64,000 nucleotides of DNA from Candidatus Enterousia sp. (GCA_045635825.1 JAZTWM010000004.1:7363-71362), one strand, 5' to 3'. Shown: positions 43,425 to 53,056, numbered from the stretch's first letter. Translations and numbers: made by a program. The notes: generated by a model from the sequence alone, not told the origin.

Positions 43425-44663
43425 ATGAAAATCAAACCTTTTGCAGGTGTAAGACCACCAAAAGAACTGGCGGCAGAGGTTGCGTCACGCCCATATGATG
43501 TCTTGAATTCAGTAGAAGCCAAGGCAGAGGCAGGTGAAAAATCTTTGTTGCATATTATTAAACCAGAAATTGATTTTGACCCAATCGCAGATGAACATTC
43601 ACAGCCTGTGTATGACAAGGCGGTTGAAAACTTTAAGTTGTGGCAGGAACGTGGTTGGTTGGTGCAGGATGATACAGAAATGTACTATGTCTATGCCCAG
43701 ACAATGGATGGTCGTACCCAGTATGGTTTGGTTGCAGCAGCAAATGTTGATGATTATATGTCTGGTAAAATCAAAAAGCATGAATTGACACGCAAGGATA
43801 AAGAAGAAGATCGTATGATTCATGTTCGTATCCAGAATGCGAATATTGAACCTGTATTCTTTGCGTATCCAGACGTTGATGAAATGAATCAAATTGTTGA
43901 AAATATTGTTAAAAACCAAGAACCAGAATATGATTTTGTTGCAGAAGATGGTTTTGGCCATACATTCTGGGCGATTCGTGATGCGGATGTTAATGCACGT
44001 ATCACAGAAATTTTTGAACAGATTCCAGCGTTGTATGTTGCAGATGGGCACCATCGTACAGCGGCCGCTGCATTGGTTGGTGCAGAAAAACGTGCCAATA
44101 ATCCAAATCATACGGGGGACGAAGAATATAATTATTTCTTGGCTGTGATTTTCCCAGAAAGCCAGTTGAAAATTATTGACTATAACCGCGTGGTTAAAGA
44201 TTTGAATGGTTTAAGTAATGAAGAGTTTTTGGCAAAGTTAAACGAATCGTTTGATGTTGTAGAAATGGGTGCCGATATTTACAAGCCAAATGCATTGCAT
44301 AATTTTGGTATGTATTTGAACGGTAAGTGGTATTCTTTGACTGCAAAGCAGGGTACATATAACGATGATGATCCAATTGGTGTATTGGATGTGACAGTAT
44401 TGTCAAATCTGGTATTTGATAAAATCTTGGAATTGGGCGATTTGCGTACCAGCAAGCGTATCGATTTCGTAGGTGGTATTCGTGGATTGGGTGAACTGCA
44501 AAAGCGTGTGGACAGTGGTGAAATGGTTGCGGCATTTGCATTATATCCGGTTACAATGCGTCAAATTATTGATATTGCAGATACTGGTAACATTATGCCA
44601 CCAAAAACAACATGGTTTGAACCAAAGTTGCGTAGTGGTTTGGTGATTCATAAATTGTCGTAA
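43425..44663 (+). CDS. DUF1015-family protein
   Basis: 412 aa, RBS AAGGAG. MKIKPFAGVRPPKELAAEVASRPYDVL and ...YVADGHHRTAAA match the DUF1015 pattern. Confidence 0.85.
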   Translation: MKIKPFAGVRPPKELAAEVASRPYDVLNSVEAKAEAGEKSLLHIIKPEIDFDPIADEHSQPVYDKAVENFKLWQERGWLVQDDTEMYYVYAQTMDGRTQYGLVAAANVDDYMSGKIKKHELTRKDKEEDRMIHVRIQNANIEPVFFAYPDVDEMNQIVENIVKNQEPEYDFVAEDGFGHTFWAIRDADVNARITEIFEQIPALYVADGHHRTAAAALVGAEKRANNPNHTGDEEYNYFLAVIFPESQLKIIDYNRVVKDLNGLSNEEFLAKLNESFDVVEMGADIYKPNALHNFGMYLNGKWYSLTAKQGTYNDDDPIGVLDVTVLSNLVFDKILELGDLRTSKRIDFVGGIRGLGELQKRVDSGEMVAAFALYPVTMRQIIDIADTGNIMPPKTTWFEPKLRSGLVIHKLS

Positions 44664-44669
44664 TAATTA

Positions 44670-44696
44670 AAATCCCCCGTTTTGGGGGATTTTTTA
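44670..44696 (+). terminator. rho-independent terminator
   Basis: ATCCCCC-GTTT-GGGGGAT followed by T5. Confidence 0.85.
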
Positions 44697-44713
44697 TGAA
44701 GATATATTGTATA

Positions 44714-44739
44714 TAAAAAAACCGCCAATTGGCGGTTTA
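44714..44739 (-). terminator. rho-independent terminator after rpsU
   Basis: ACCGCC-AATT-GGCGGT followed by T7 on the minus strand. Confidence 0.8.
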
Positions 44740-44742
44740 TAA

Positions 44743-44949
44743 TTAGAACCCGAATACCATACGTTGTTTTGATTGACGTTTTTTTTCGTTACGTACAGCT
44801 TCTTCTTTCAAACGTTTGCGTTTGGTTGTTGGTTTTTCATAACGCTGACGTTCTTTCATTTCGCGGTACAGGCCTTCTTTTTGTGACTTACGTTTTGCAA
44901 CGCGCAGTGCCTGTTCGACGTTATTGTCACGAACCAGAACTTTCACCAT
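44743..44949 (-). CDS. rpsU: 30S ribosomal protein S21
   Basis: 68 aa: [58 protein letters not shown]. Confidence 0.93.
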   Translation of the reverse strand: MVKVLVRDNNVEQALRVAKRKSQKEGLYREMKERQRYEKPTTKRKRLKEEAVRNEKKRQSKQRMVFGF

Positions 44950-44984
44950 GTTTTATTCACCCCCTTTAACGCAATTTATTGGTT

Positions 44985-45014
44985 TTAACCGAAAGAAAGG
45001 GAACATATGTTCCC
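44985..45014 (-). terminator. rho-independent terminator after tRNA-Ala
   Basis: GGGAAC-ATAT-GTTCCC followed by TTTCTTTC on the minus strand, 12 nt after the tRNA CCA end. Confidence 0.7.
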
Positions 45015-45026
45015 CCTCCGTTGTCT

Positions 45027-45102
45027 TGGTGGAGCCAATCAGACTCGAACTGACGACCCCCTGCTTGCAAAGCAGGTGCTCTACCAACTGAGCTATGACC
45101 CC
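45027..45102 (-). tRNA. tRNA-Ala (anticodon UGC), CCA encoded
   Basis: Minus strand reads GGGGTCATAGCTCAGTTGGTAGAGCACCTGCTTTGCAAGCAGGGGGTCGTCAGTTCGAGTCTGATTGGCTCCACCA. G3:U70 identity pair, anticodon loop TTTGCAA and TTCGAGT T-loop. Confidence 0.95.
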
Positions 45103-45134
45103 AAAACTTTGCACTTTCATATGAAAGCGAATGC

Positions 45135-45163
45135 ATTTTAGTTTTTTTTTGATTAAATGTCAA
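45135..45163 (-). promoter_or_regulatory. sigma70-type promoter for tRNA-Ala, TTGACA-N17-TAAAAT
   Basis: Read on minus strand; the -10 ends 32 nt upstream of the mature tRNA 5' end. Confidence 0.65.
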
Positions 45164-45242
45164 TAGAAAATTAATAAAAATAATTACATGTTGACAATAA
45201 TGTTTTTTAGTGTAATATAAGTCGAACAAAAAAGCAGAGAAA

Positions 45243-46208
45243 ATGTACAAAATACATCAATCGACATTTATACCAGATAATTATTCTGATGTCCTGAAAG
45301 ACTTGAAGGGCAAGCATTTTCGTTGGGAAATGAACTTTTGTTCGCGTACAGAAAATAAGACGATTGGTCACGTGACGCATTATTCAATCGGTGATGGACC
45401 AGCCAAGAATTGTTTGATTTTAATTCCTGGGTTGGCATCTAATACACGTACAGAGCCTTTGATGAAGGTGATTGAATATTGGGCATTGATGAATAAGCAT
45501 GATGTATATTGTTTGGATACTTTTCTGGGCGATTTTTTACCAGATATATCACAAGATTTGGCGGAAAAACACACTTTTGCAGAATATGTTGATTTGATTG
45601 ATGCAGGTTTGGATGTTATTGAAAAAGATGTAAAAGACAAAAAGTATGAACATGCATGTTTGGTGGGACATTCGGCTGGGGCGACCGGCGTGTTCGAGGT
45701 GTATAATAAACGTATTCGTGAACGTAAAAAATTGCGTTTTAATGCGTCTGTAATGTTTGCACCATATTTGACACACGAATTTACGGACTTTATTCATGCT
45801 TTTTATAAACGTTTTTCATTTGGTGGACAGATTAGCGATTCGCAATTCAAGCAATCTGCAATTGGCATCAACAGTCCGCATGAATCTTTGCCGGATTGTG
45901 CGTATCCAAAGGTTTCTATTTTGCCAACATTTTATGATGATATGGATTCCGTTGAGTTTCGTCCAGATTTGATGGATAAGTATTGTATTCCAATTACTCT
46001 GGTGGCGGCAGGGCGTGATAGAAAATCACCGCCAGATGAATTACGCAAAAAATATAATGTTCTGCGTGAAGGAAAAAATGGTAGTTTATGGAAATTCTTG
46101 GTGTTTAAAGATTCAAGGCACAGTTTTATGGATCAACACAAAGACTGGAATACTATTTTGCGATTGATTCAATCACAAAAGCGGTTATCATTAAAGCGTA
46201 CAAAGTAA
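45243..46208 (+). CDS. alpha/beta-hydrolase-fold protein
   Basis: 321 aa with nucleophile elbow LVGHSAGATG (G-x-S-x-G). C-terminal FKDSRHSF could hold the catalytic His. Confidence 0.65.
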   Translation: MYKIHQSTFIPDNYSDVLKDLKGKHFRWEMNFCSRTENKTIGHVTHYSIGDGPAKNCLILIPGLASNTRTEPLMKVIEYWALMNKHDVYCLDTFLGDFLPDISQDLAEKHTFAEYVDLIDAGLDVIEKDVKDKKYEHACLVGHSAGATGVFEVYNKRIRERKKLRFNASVMFAPYLTHEFTDFIHAFYKRFSFGGQISDSQFKQSAIGINSPHESLPDCAYPKVSILPTFYDDMDSVEFRPDLMDKYCIPITLVAAGRDRKSPPDELRKKYNVLREGKNGSLWKFLVFKDSRHSFMDQHKDWNTILRLIQSQKRLSLKRTK

Positions 46209-46254
46209 TTTAGACTTTACTTAATGTTTAATATTTGGTTATAATCTTGTTGCT

Positions 46255-48072
46255 ATGAAGAAAGTAATAAATAAAGTTAAAGCCTTTGTTAAAGGCGATG
46301 AATCAAACGGTCGAATTAAATGGTCGCTGTATGGGCGTGTATGGAATGAAATTGGTCGGTCTTATTGGAAATGGTTGTTGGCGGGTATTGTTTTTACTAT
46401 TTTAGCCGCCGCCGCAGAAGCATATACAATCACCATTGTTCAGCAGGTGGTGGATGAGGCTTTTATTGAAAAAAGTATGAATGCGGTTTATTGGCTGGGG
46501 ATTCAGGTAATCGTTGCGTTTGGTGCCAAAGGTACGTTTACATATGCCAAAGCCTTGATTATGTCCAAGGGTGGTTTGGTTGCCAGTGCAGATTTGCAAA
46601 AGAAGATTTATCGTCACATGACACATATGAATCTGGCACGTTTTTATGCGGATGGTATTGGTAAAAACCTGAATTATTTCGGGGTACAGTCTGGGGCGGT
46701 GTTGAATTTGGTGACAGGTACTGTTATCAAGGTTGTTCAAAATATTGCCACATTGATAATGACATTGGCATTGATGTTTTATTATGCACATCAAATGTGC
46801 TTGGTGTTGATGTTCTTGGCACCGGCAATTATGATTCCAATGGTTGTTATTATGCGTAAAAGACGTAAATTATCGCGTCAATCATTTGGTATTGCAAATA
46901 GTGTCTCGCAACAATTAAATCAAACCCTGCATGGTATCAAGACAATTCAAGCATTTGCGGCCGAATCACGTGAAGAAAAGAACTTTGCCGATGTGTTGAA
47001 TAGATCCATGGTAAATGCTTATAAAAGCACCCAGGCCAATGCATTGCGTTCACCATTGATGGAGTTTATGATTTCAATTGGTTTGTGTATTGCAATGATT
47101 ATGGGTGGGCATTTTATCGCCAGTGGTGCAATTACAACAGGTGATTTTACAGCGTTTTTGTTGGCACTGACTGCGGCATATAAACCTGCAAAGTCAATTA
47201 CAGGTACAGGTGATACTGTACAGCATGGTTTGTTGGCAGCCGAGATTTTGTTTAACTTTTTGGATAGCAAACCAGATATTACAGATTCGCCGGATGCACG
47301 TGTATTGAATGCAAAAACAATGTCTGTTGCGTTCAAGGATGTGTCTTTTGCCTATAATCCCAATGAACCTGTTTTGAAAAATATTAATTTGAATGTACCT
47401 GCAGGCAAGGTTTGTGCATTGGTTGGGCCATCTGGTGGCGGAAAGACAACTTTGTTTAATTTGTTGGAACGTTTTTATGATCCGCAAATTGGTACTGTGT
47501 CTATCAATAGAACGGACATAAAGAAGTATAAATTAAAATCTTTGCGTGAAAATATTGCAGAGGTTTCGCAATCGGTGTTCTTGTTTAATGGATCTATTGA
47601 AGATAATATTAAATATGGTCGTCCAGATGCCACACATGAAGAGGTTGTTCTGGCGGCAAAGGCGGCAAATGCAGATGGATTTATTAACGAGTTCCCAAAT
47701 GGCTATGCAACATCTGTTGGTGAAGGTGGTGGATTGTTGTCTGGTGGACAGAAACAGCGAATCGCCATTGCACGTGCGATATTAAAGGATGCACCAATTT
47801 TATTGTTAGATGAAGCGACATCTGCGCTGGATACACAAAGTGAAAAATTGATTCAGTCAGCATTGAATGATTTAATGCGTGGTCGTACCACATTTGTTAT
47901 TGCACATAGATTGTCTACGATTTTAGACGCGGATATAATTTGTGTTATCAAAGAAGGTCAAATTGTAGAAATGGGTACGGATGCCGAGTTGTGTGCACTG
48001 GATGGAGAATACAAGCGGTTGCGAGATATTCAGTTTAAGACAGATGCAAAACAAAAATCTAAGAAAAAATAA
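46255..48072 (+). CDS. ABC exporter, fused permease/ATPase (MsbA-like)
   Basis: 605 aa. Six-TM N-terminal half, Walker A GPSGGGKTT, signature LSGGQKQRIAIARAIL and Walker B ILLLDEATSALD. Confidence 0.9.
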   Translation: MKKVINKVKAFVKGDESNGRIKWSLYGRVWNEIGRSYWKWLLAGIVFTILAAAAEAYTITIVQQVVDEAFIEKSMNAVYWLGIQVIVAFGAKGTFTYAKALIMSKGGLVASADLQKKIYRHMTHMNLARFYADGIGKNLNYFGVQSGAVLNLVTGTVIKVVQNIATLIMTLALMFYYAHQMCLVLMFLAPAIMIPMVVIMRKRRKLSRQSFGIANSVSQQLNQTLHGIKTIQAFAAESREEKNFADVLNRSMVNAYKSTQANALRSPLMEFMISIGLCIAMIMGGHFIASGAITTGDFTAFLLALTAAYKPAKSITGTGDTVQHGLLAAEILFNFLDSKPDITDSPDARVLNAKTMSVAFKDVSFAYNPNEPVLKNINLNVPAGKVCALVGPSGGGKTTLFNLLERFYDPQIGTVSINRTDIKKYKLKSLRENIAEVSQSVFLFNGSIEDNIKYGRPDATHEEVVLAAKAANADGFINEFPNGYATSVGEGGGLLSGGQKQRIAIARAILKDAPILLLDEATSALDTQSEKLIQSALNDLMRGRTTFVIAHRLSTILDADIICVIKEGQIVEMGTDAELCALDGEYKRLRDIQFKTDAKQKSKKK

Positions 48073-48090
48073 TTAAAACAGGATTGTAAT

Positions 48091-48116
48091 AAAAAACGGG
48101 CAAAGCCCGTTTTTTA
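48091..48116. terminator. bidirectional hairpin terminator
   Basis: A6, ACGGGC-AAA-GCCCGT, T6, between convergent genes. Confidence 0.85.
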
Positions 48117-48124
48117 TTTAGTGT

Positions 48125-48853
48125 TTACATAACAAAATCTTCGCCCAGATATACTTTTTTTACCATCTCGTCTTGGACGATTTCGGGTGTTGTGCCGTGT
48201 TTCAGGATTTTGCCATCGTGCAGAACATAACTGCGGTCGGTAATACCCAATGTTTCACGAACGTTGTGGTCGGTGATAATTACACCCAGACCACGATTTT
48301 TTAATTGTGATACCAATGAACGAATTTCGTTTACTGCAATTGGGTCGATTCCTGCAAATGGTTCGTCCAGTAATATGAACTTTGGATCGTTTGCCAAGGC
48401 GCGTGCAATTTCAACACGACGACGTTCGCCCCCAGATAGGGCAGTTGCCGGACTGCGACGCAGGGAAGAAATAGAGAACTCTTCAAGCAGAGAGTCTAGT
48501 TTCTTTTGGCGTTTTTTGCGGTCTGGTTCAATAACTTCTAAAATTGCCATAATATTTTGTTCAACGGTTAGCCCACGGAATACACTGTTTTCTTGGGGCA
48601 GGTATCCAATATGCAGGCGGGCACGCTGATAAAATGGCAGGTGTGTAATATCCTGAGAGTTCAGGAATATTTGTCCACCTGTGGCTGCAAGTTGTCCCGT
48701 GATACAATAGAATGCAGTTGTTTTACCTGCACCATTTGGGCCCAATAGACCAACAGATTCGCCTTGGCGTGCTTCTAATGATATATCTTTGATAACCATA
48801 CGTTTGCCGTATGTTTTGGATAGGTGTTGAACACGTAGTACTGATTGCTTCAT
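48125..48853 (-). CDS. lptB: LPS export ABC transporter ATP-binding protein LptB
   Basis: 242 aa: GLLGPNGAGKTT, LSGGERRRVEIARAL, FILLDEPFAGIDP and the LptB-type C-terminus VYLGEDFVM. Confidence 0.9.
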   Translation of the reverse strand: MKQSVLRVQHLSKTYGKRMVIKDISLEARQGESVGLLGPNGAGKTTAFYCITGQLAATGGQIFLNSQDITHLPFYQRARLHIGYLPQENSVFRGLTVEQNIMAILEVIEPDRKKRQKKLDSLLEEFSISSLRRSPATALSGGERRRVEIARALANDPKFILLDEPFAGIDPIAVNEIRSLVSQLKNRGLGVIITDHNVRETLGITDRSYVLHDGKILKHGTTPEIVQDEMVKKVYLGEDFVM

Positions 48854-49329
48854 AGTCTTATTACCAATTCTGTTGTTCTGACTTTGTCGCCGTTGCTGGA
48901 ATCAACACGAACATTGCCAGTCAATGTTATTTTTTTGTTTTTACGATTATATTGGCCGCTGTTGGCGTGTATATTATCTGTAACATTTGTGCCATTGGAT
49001 TGGCGTGTAATTTTACCAGATACTGTATTTAGGTAAATTATATCGGGTTCTTCATAGGATTGATATCCAGATTTTGCATGTATTTGGAATGGGTTGCCAT
49101 TTTTATCGGTGCCGACAAATGAGGCACCGGTCATTTTGAATTGGTTGGTGACGATGTCGGTCATGTTGATTGCGGTAATTGGTGTCCATAATATTTGTTT
49201 GGTGAATAAAGAGCCTGCAACCAGTGCAGCCACCATAACCAGTCCCCATCCTGTAAAAAAGAATTGCCACAGGCGTTTTAGGCGTCTGTGTTTGGTAAAT
49301 ATAATAAAATTTCTTTTATCTTTATGCAC
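48850..49329 (-). CDS. LptC-like (OstA-fold) membrane-anchored LPS transport protein
   Basis: 159 aa. N-terminal TM LWQFFFTGWGLVMVAALVAGSLF, beta-rich remainder with ITLTGNVRV. Overlaps the lptB start by 4 nt (ATGA). Confidence 0.55.
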   Translation of the reverse strand: MHKDKRNFIIFTKHRRLKRLWQFFFTGWGLVMVAALVAGSLFTKQILWTPITAINMTDIVTNQFKMTGASFVGTDKNGNPFQIHAKSGYQSYEEPDIIYLNTVSGKITRQSNGTNVTDNIHANSGQYNRKNKKITLTGNVRVDSSNGDKVRTTELVIRL

Positions 49330-49415
49330 ATGTCCAGTTTAAACCCTTGGAATTGAAAATGCAATTTTTATATTTATTAGTGTGTGTTTTTGTGTTATAA
49401 TTTGTTTTAAGAGAG

Positions 49416-50219
49416 ATGAATACAAAAATACTGTTTTTTATGGGGATGTTTTCCATGGCATTTATTGGTGCTGTGGATGCTGTTACTATTAAAAAGGCGG
49501 CTTCTGTTGAAACTAAAAAGGCAGATACGTCCGAATTGACAGGCAGTATTGCCCCAACAGTTATGGGTTTGGTTGCCAGTGTTCAGCAAATTAATCAACA
49601 GCAAAAGGCATTAAGTGCAGAATGTCGTCCATCTGGTCAGGAAGTTGAGGCTGTAAATAAACTGGTCAAGGAATGGGCCAAGACGGGTGCCGCAACAGCG
49701 GATGAGGTGCAACAGCGTTTGGGAATGCGGCGTTGTGCTTCGTCAAGTGGTGGGTATCAAGCATCCGTTCAAATTGCTGCGGGTGAAGATGACGGGTCGA
49801 TGATTTGTTATGATTATTTTAGCGATAGTGGTGCTGTTTGGTATGAGTTTCCAATTGTGGTCAGCACATATTATTGCACCGATGGTTCAATAAGTGGGTG
49901 TTCAGATAAGCATCGCAAGGATGTTTCAAATATCTATGACGTATTTAATCTGATTGATTTTTCAGATGCAGACTATACGGCGGATGAATTGAAAACAGTG
50001 GCAAAATTGCGTGAAAAGGCTGAGAAATGTTCGGATGCCAAAATAGGTGCCCAAAAGAAGGCCATGTGGTCTGAATTGCTGGTTAATACCATTGGTGGTG
50101 CAGGTCAATCAACGAATACAGGGGCAATTATGCAAACGGTTAGTGGTGTTGCAAATGGCGGTGTGTCCGGGGTATTGTCTTCATTTGGTTCAATGGCCGG
50201 TCAATTGATGGGGCAATAA
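49416..50219 (+). CDS. secreted protein with 6 Cys and Gly-rich C-terminal tail (member J, loosely related)
   Basis: 267 aa. Signal peptide MNTKILFFMGMFSMAFIGAVDA. Tail NTIGGAGQSTNTGAIMQTVSGVANGGVSGVLSSFGSMAGQLMGQ. Confidence 0.65.
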   Translation: MNTKILFFMGMFSMAFIGAVDAVTIKKAASVETKKADTSELTGSIAPTVMGLVASVQQINQQQKALSAECRPSGQEVEAVNKLVKEWAKTGAATADEVQQRLGMRRCASSSGGYQASVQIAAGEDDGSMICYDYFSDSGAVWYEFPIVVSTYYCTDGSISGCSDKHRKDVSNIYDVFNLIDFSDADYTADELKTVAKLREKAEKCSDAKIGAQKKAMWSELLVNTIGGAGQSTNTGAIMQTVSGVANGGVSGVLSSFGSMAGQLMGQ

Positions 50220-50240
50220 GATATTTTTATGGATAAAAAG

Positions 50241-50263
50241 AAACCGCCGAAGTGGCGGTTTCT
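50241..50263. terminator. bidirectional hairpin terminator
   Basis: AACCGCC-GAAGT-GGCGGTT with flanking A and T tracts, between convergent genes. Confidence 0.75.
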
Positions 50264-51433
50264 TTATTTGTCTTCTAAGATTGCAATACCAGGCAGGGTG
50301 CGACCTTCGACAAATTCTAAAAATGCGCCACCACCGGTGGATACATATGTAATATCGTCTTTGGTCTGGGATGCGACCAGTGCGGCAACTGTGTCGCCGC
50401 CACCAACAATACTGGTCAATTTGCCGGCACGTGTTTGTTCGGCAATTGTGTTTGCAATTGCAAATGAACCGTATGACCATGTTGGTTGCCACTCAGCCAT
50501 ACCAACAGTGCCATTCCAGATAACAGTTGCGGATTTGCGAATCGCATCAATGTTGCGTTCGGTTGTTTTTAATCCTGCATCGATGATGATGTCGTTGTCT
50601 TGGATTTCTGTGAAATCTTTGTTTGTGCGAACCGCGTCACGTGCGAATTCTGTGGCGACCCCTTTGTCCAGGGGCAGTAATACCTCGCAATTATTTTGGT
50701 GTGCAAAATCTAATATTTCCAGTGCAGTGTCACGTTGGTCGGCTTCGTACAATGAATTGCCAACACGTGCACCAGTTGCATAGTTAAAAGTTGTTCCCAA
50801 TGCACCACCAATAATCAGTGTGTCAGATAATTTTGCCAGTGCCTTTAATACACCGATTTTTGTCGAGACTTTGCTGCCTGCGACAATGGATAACAGTGGA
50901 CGTGCCGGATTTTCCATAACTGCGGTCAGGTGTTCAATTTCAGATGCCAGCAATTTTCCTGCGTATGATGGCAGGATTTCTGCAACACCAACGGTGCTGG
51001 CGTGGGCGCGGTGTGATACGGCAAATGCGTCGTTGATAAAGATATCAAAGCCACGTGCCAATTGGGCAGAAAATGCAGGATCATTTTTTTCTTCGCCTGC
51101 ATAGAAGCGGACGTTTTCCAGCAGCACAACATCCCCATCTTGCATATCCGCCATAAAGTCTTTGTTCAGGCAATCTGGAATCAGTTTTATGTTCATAAAG
51201 TCTGCAATTGGTTGCAGTGTGTATTCCATATTGCGTTCACCCTTGGGGCGGCCGCGGTGGGCAACAATTGCGACACGTGCGCCCATTTCGCGCAGTGCAT
51301 TTATTGTTGGCATACTTTCTTGGATTCTAAATGGGTCGGTAATAACACCATCGACAATTTGTACATTAAAGTCGTCACGTAATAATACGTATTTCCCACG
51401 CAAATCCAGATTTTCCATTGTGCGTAATTTCAT
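50264..51433 (-). CDS. pgk: phosphoglycerate kinase
   Basis: 389 aa: LRDDFNVQIVDG.ITD..RI, VAHRGRPKG and GGGDTVAA motifs. Confidence 0.97.
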   Translation of the reverse strand: MKLRTMENLDLRGKYVLLRDDFNVQIVDGVITDPFRIQESMPTINALREMGARVAIVAHRGRPKGERNMEYTLQPIADFMNIKLIPDCLNKDFMADMQDGDVVLLENVRFYAGEEKNDPAFSAQLARGFDIFINDAFAVSHRAHASTVGVAEILPSYAGKLLASEIEHLTAVMENPARPLLSIVAGSKVSTKIGVLKALAKLSDTLIIGGALGTTFNYATGARVGNSLYEADQRDTALEILDFAHQNNCEVLLPLDKGVATEFARDAVRTNKDFTEIQDNDIIIDAGLKTTERNIDAIRKSATVIWNGTVGMAEWQPTWSYGSFAIANTIAEQTRAGKLTSIVGGGDTVAALVASQTKDDITYVSTGGGAFLEFVEGRTLPGIAILEDK

Positions 51434-52047
51434 TTCTTTATCCTTTCTTTTATTGGTCCAAAACTTTTACGATAGTGTTCATTTATACCATATTGTTCAA
51501 TGGCCTGTAAATGAGATTTGGTTGGGTATCCTGCATTTTTGTCCCATCCGTATTGGGGAAATTGTTGTGCCAGGTCGTGCATAATCTTGTCGCGTGTTTC
51601 TTTGGCGATAATGGATGCGGCCGCGATAGATATGGATTTTGCATCGCCATGAACAACGGGTGTGCCAATTAAATCGTTCGGCAATCTGTTCCCGTCAATT
51701 AGACAATGTTGTGGTTTTGAACTTAATTTTTCAACTGCACGTGTCATTGCCGTCATAGACGCCCACAGGATGTTTAGTTCATCTATTTCGGCAGGTGAAC
51801 ATTCGGCAACGGCCCATATAGTATTTTTGGTAATCCATTCATATGCCATGGCACGTTGACGTGCGGTCATTTGTTTAGAGTCACGAATAACAACAGGTAT
51901 TTCAATATCGTGTCGTGGGAATATAACCGCCGCGGCAACAACCGGTCCGCACAGTGGGCCACGTCCGGCTTCGTCAACACCGGCAACCAGTTTTGCACCA
52001 GATTCGATTTCCAATGAAAAGTCAGGGTTTTCTTTCTGCATAGCCAA
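51430..52047 (-). CDS. rnhB: ribonuclease HII
   Basis: 205 aa with GVDEAGRGPLCGPVVAAAV and DSKQM motifs. Stop overlaps the pgk start (ATGA). Confidence 0.93.
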   Translation of the reverse strand: MAMQKENPDFSLEIESGAKLVAGVDEAGRGPLCGPVVAAAVIFPRHDIEIPVVIRDSKQMTARQRAMAYEWITKNTIWAVAECSPAEIDELNILWASMTAMTRAVEKLSSKPQHCLIDGNRLPNDLIGTPVVHGDAKSISIAAASIIAKETRDKIMHDLAQQFPQYGWDKNAGYPTKSHLQAIEQYGINEHYRKSFGPIKERIKK

Positions 52048-52145
52048 ACAATAGCAGGTTTTGTAAAAGAAACAAAATACTTTTTGTTGTTGACAAAAAA
52101 TGTTTTGTGGGCTAGGGTTATTGTGATGAAAATAAGGCCGTAATA

Positions 52146-52430
52146 ATGTTTAGAGAAGAAAAACAGATAAAAAAATTAGAAAAAGATGCAGCATTGTCAC
52201 GGGAAATTGGTGCAATAGGTGTGGTTGCCGGTGTTGGTGCATTGGCGGTGGCGCTGTACAATGTGTGCACCCAGGATTATGATTTGGCGGCAATTTGCGC
52301 TGTGTCGGGGGCGTTCAGTACGGTTGTTGGGGCAATGAACCTGAATAATGCACGCAAGACATTTGCACGTGCCAAAGAAGTGTATAATAAACAATTTGAG
52401 GACCCTTGGCGGTATGGTAGGGAACCCTGA
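52146..52430 (+). CDS. small two-TM membrane protein (paralogue 1 of 3)
   Basis: 94 aa. Two hydrophobic segments flank a DYD motif, with a basic C-terminal tail. Confidence 0.5.
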   Translation: MFREEKQIKKLEKDAALSREIGAIGVVAGVGALAVALYNVCTQDYDLAAICAVSGAFSTVVGAMNLNNARKTFARAKEVYNKQFEDPWRYGREP

Positions 52431-52522
52431 TATTTTTGTCTGGGTGTTAGAAAAAAGTGGGATAATAAAGGATTTAGAATATCAAAAGGCAGATTTGCCA
52501 AAATAGTGATAAGAGGTAAATT

Positions 52523-52774
52523 ATGAAAGATAATGATATTTTTGCGGAAGATAAAAAGAAGTTAAATAAGGCTATGTCAGTATATGGTGTGTTTAATGGC
52601 GTGTGTGTTGTTGGTGCGTTGCGGCAATGTGCGCATATGGTAAAAGACGGGTATGATAATGGCTTTTTGTTGATGCTGTTGATGTATTTGGCTGCTGCTG
52701 GGGTGTCTGCACATAAAATATATAAATTACGTCAGTATAAAAAGGACCTGATGGATAGTCAAAACCAGCGATAG
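52523..52774 (+). CDS. small two-TM membrane protein (paralogue 2 of 3)
   Basis: 83 aa, RBS AAGAGG. VVGALRQCAHMVKDGYDNGFLLMLLMYLAAAGVSAHKIYKLRQYKKD aligns with the next gene. Confidence 0.55.
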   Translation: MKDNDIFAEDKKKLNKAMSVYGVFNGVCVVGALRQCAHMVKDGYDNGFLLMLLMYLAAAGVSAHKIYKLRQYKKDLMDSQNQR

Positions 52775-52783
52775 AGGTTAATT

Positions 52784-53056
52784 ATGCAGGAAAATCATAA
52801 GTTTGATAATTTAACAGACGAAGCAAAAAATCGTATAGAACGTACCTATAATATATTGATGCCTTTGAATGTCATCTTAAACGGTATTTCTGTTGGTGGG
52901 ATGATTCGTAATTCTAGGTTTATGATAGAAAACGGTTATGATGATCAAGCAATGCTTAGTGTGCTGTTGTATTTGGGATGTGCACTGCATACAGGTCGTA
53001 GTATATATCGTATGTATCAGGATAAAAAGCATATGGATAACAATCGACAAAGATAG
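52784..53056 (+). CDS. small two-TM membrane protein (paralogue 3 of 3)
   Basis: 90 aa, RBS AGAGG. SVGGMIRNSRFMIENGYDDQAMLSVLLYLGCALHTGRSIYRMYQDKKH. Confidence 0.55.
   Translation: MQENHKFDNLTDEAKNRIERTYNILMPLNVILNGISVGGMIRNSRFMIENGYDDQAMLSVLLYLGCALHTGRSIYRMYQDKKHMDNNRQR

Noticed and set aside
50229-50783. 184-aa plus-strand ORF
   Set aside because: It is antisense to pgk and crosses the intergenic terminator.
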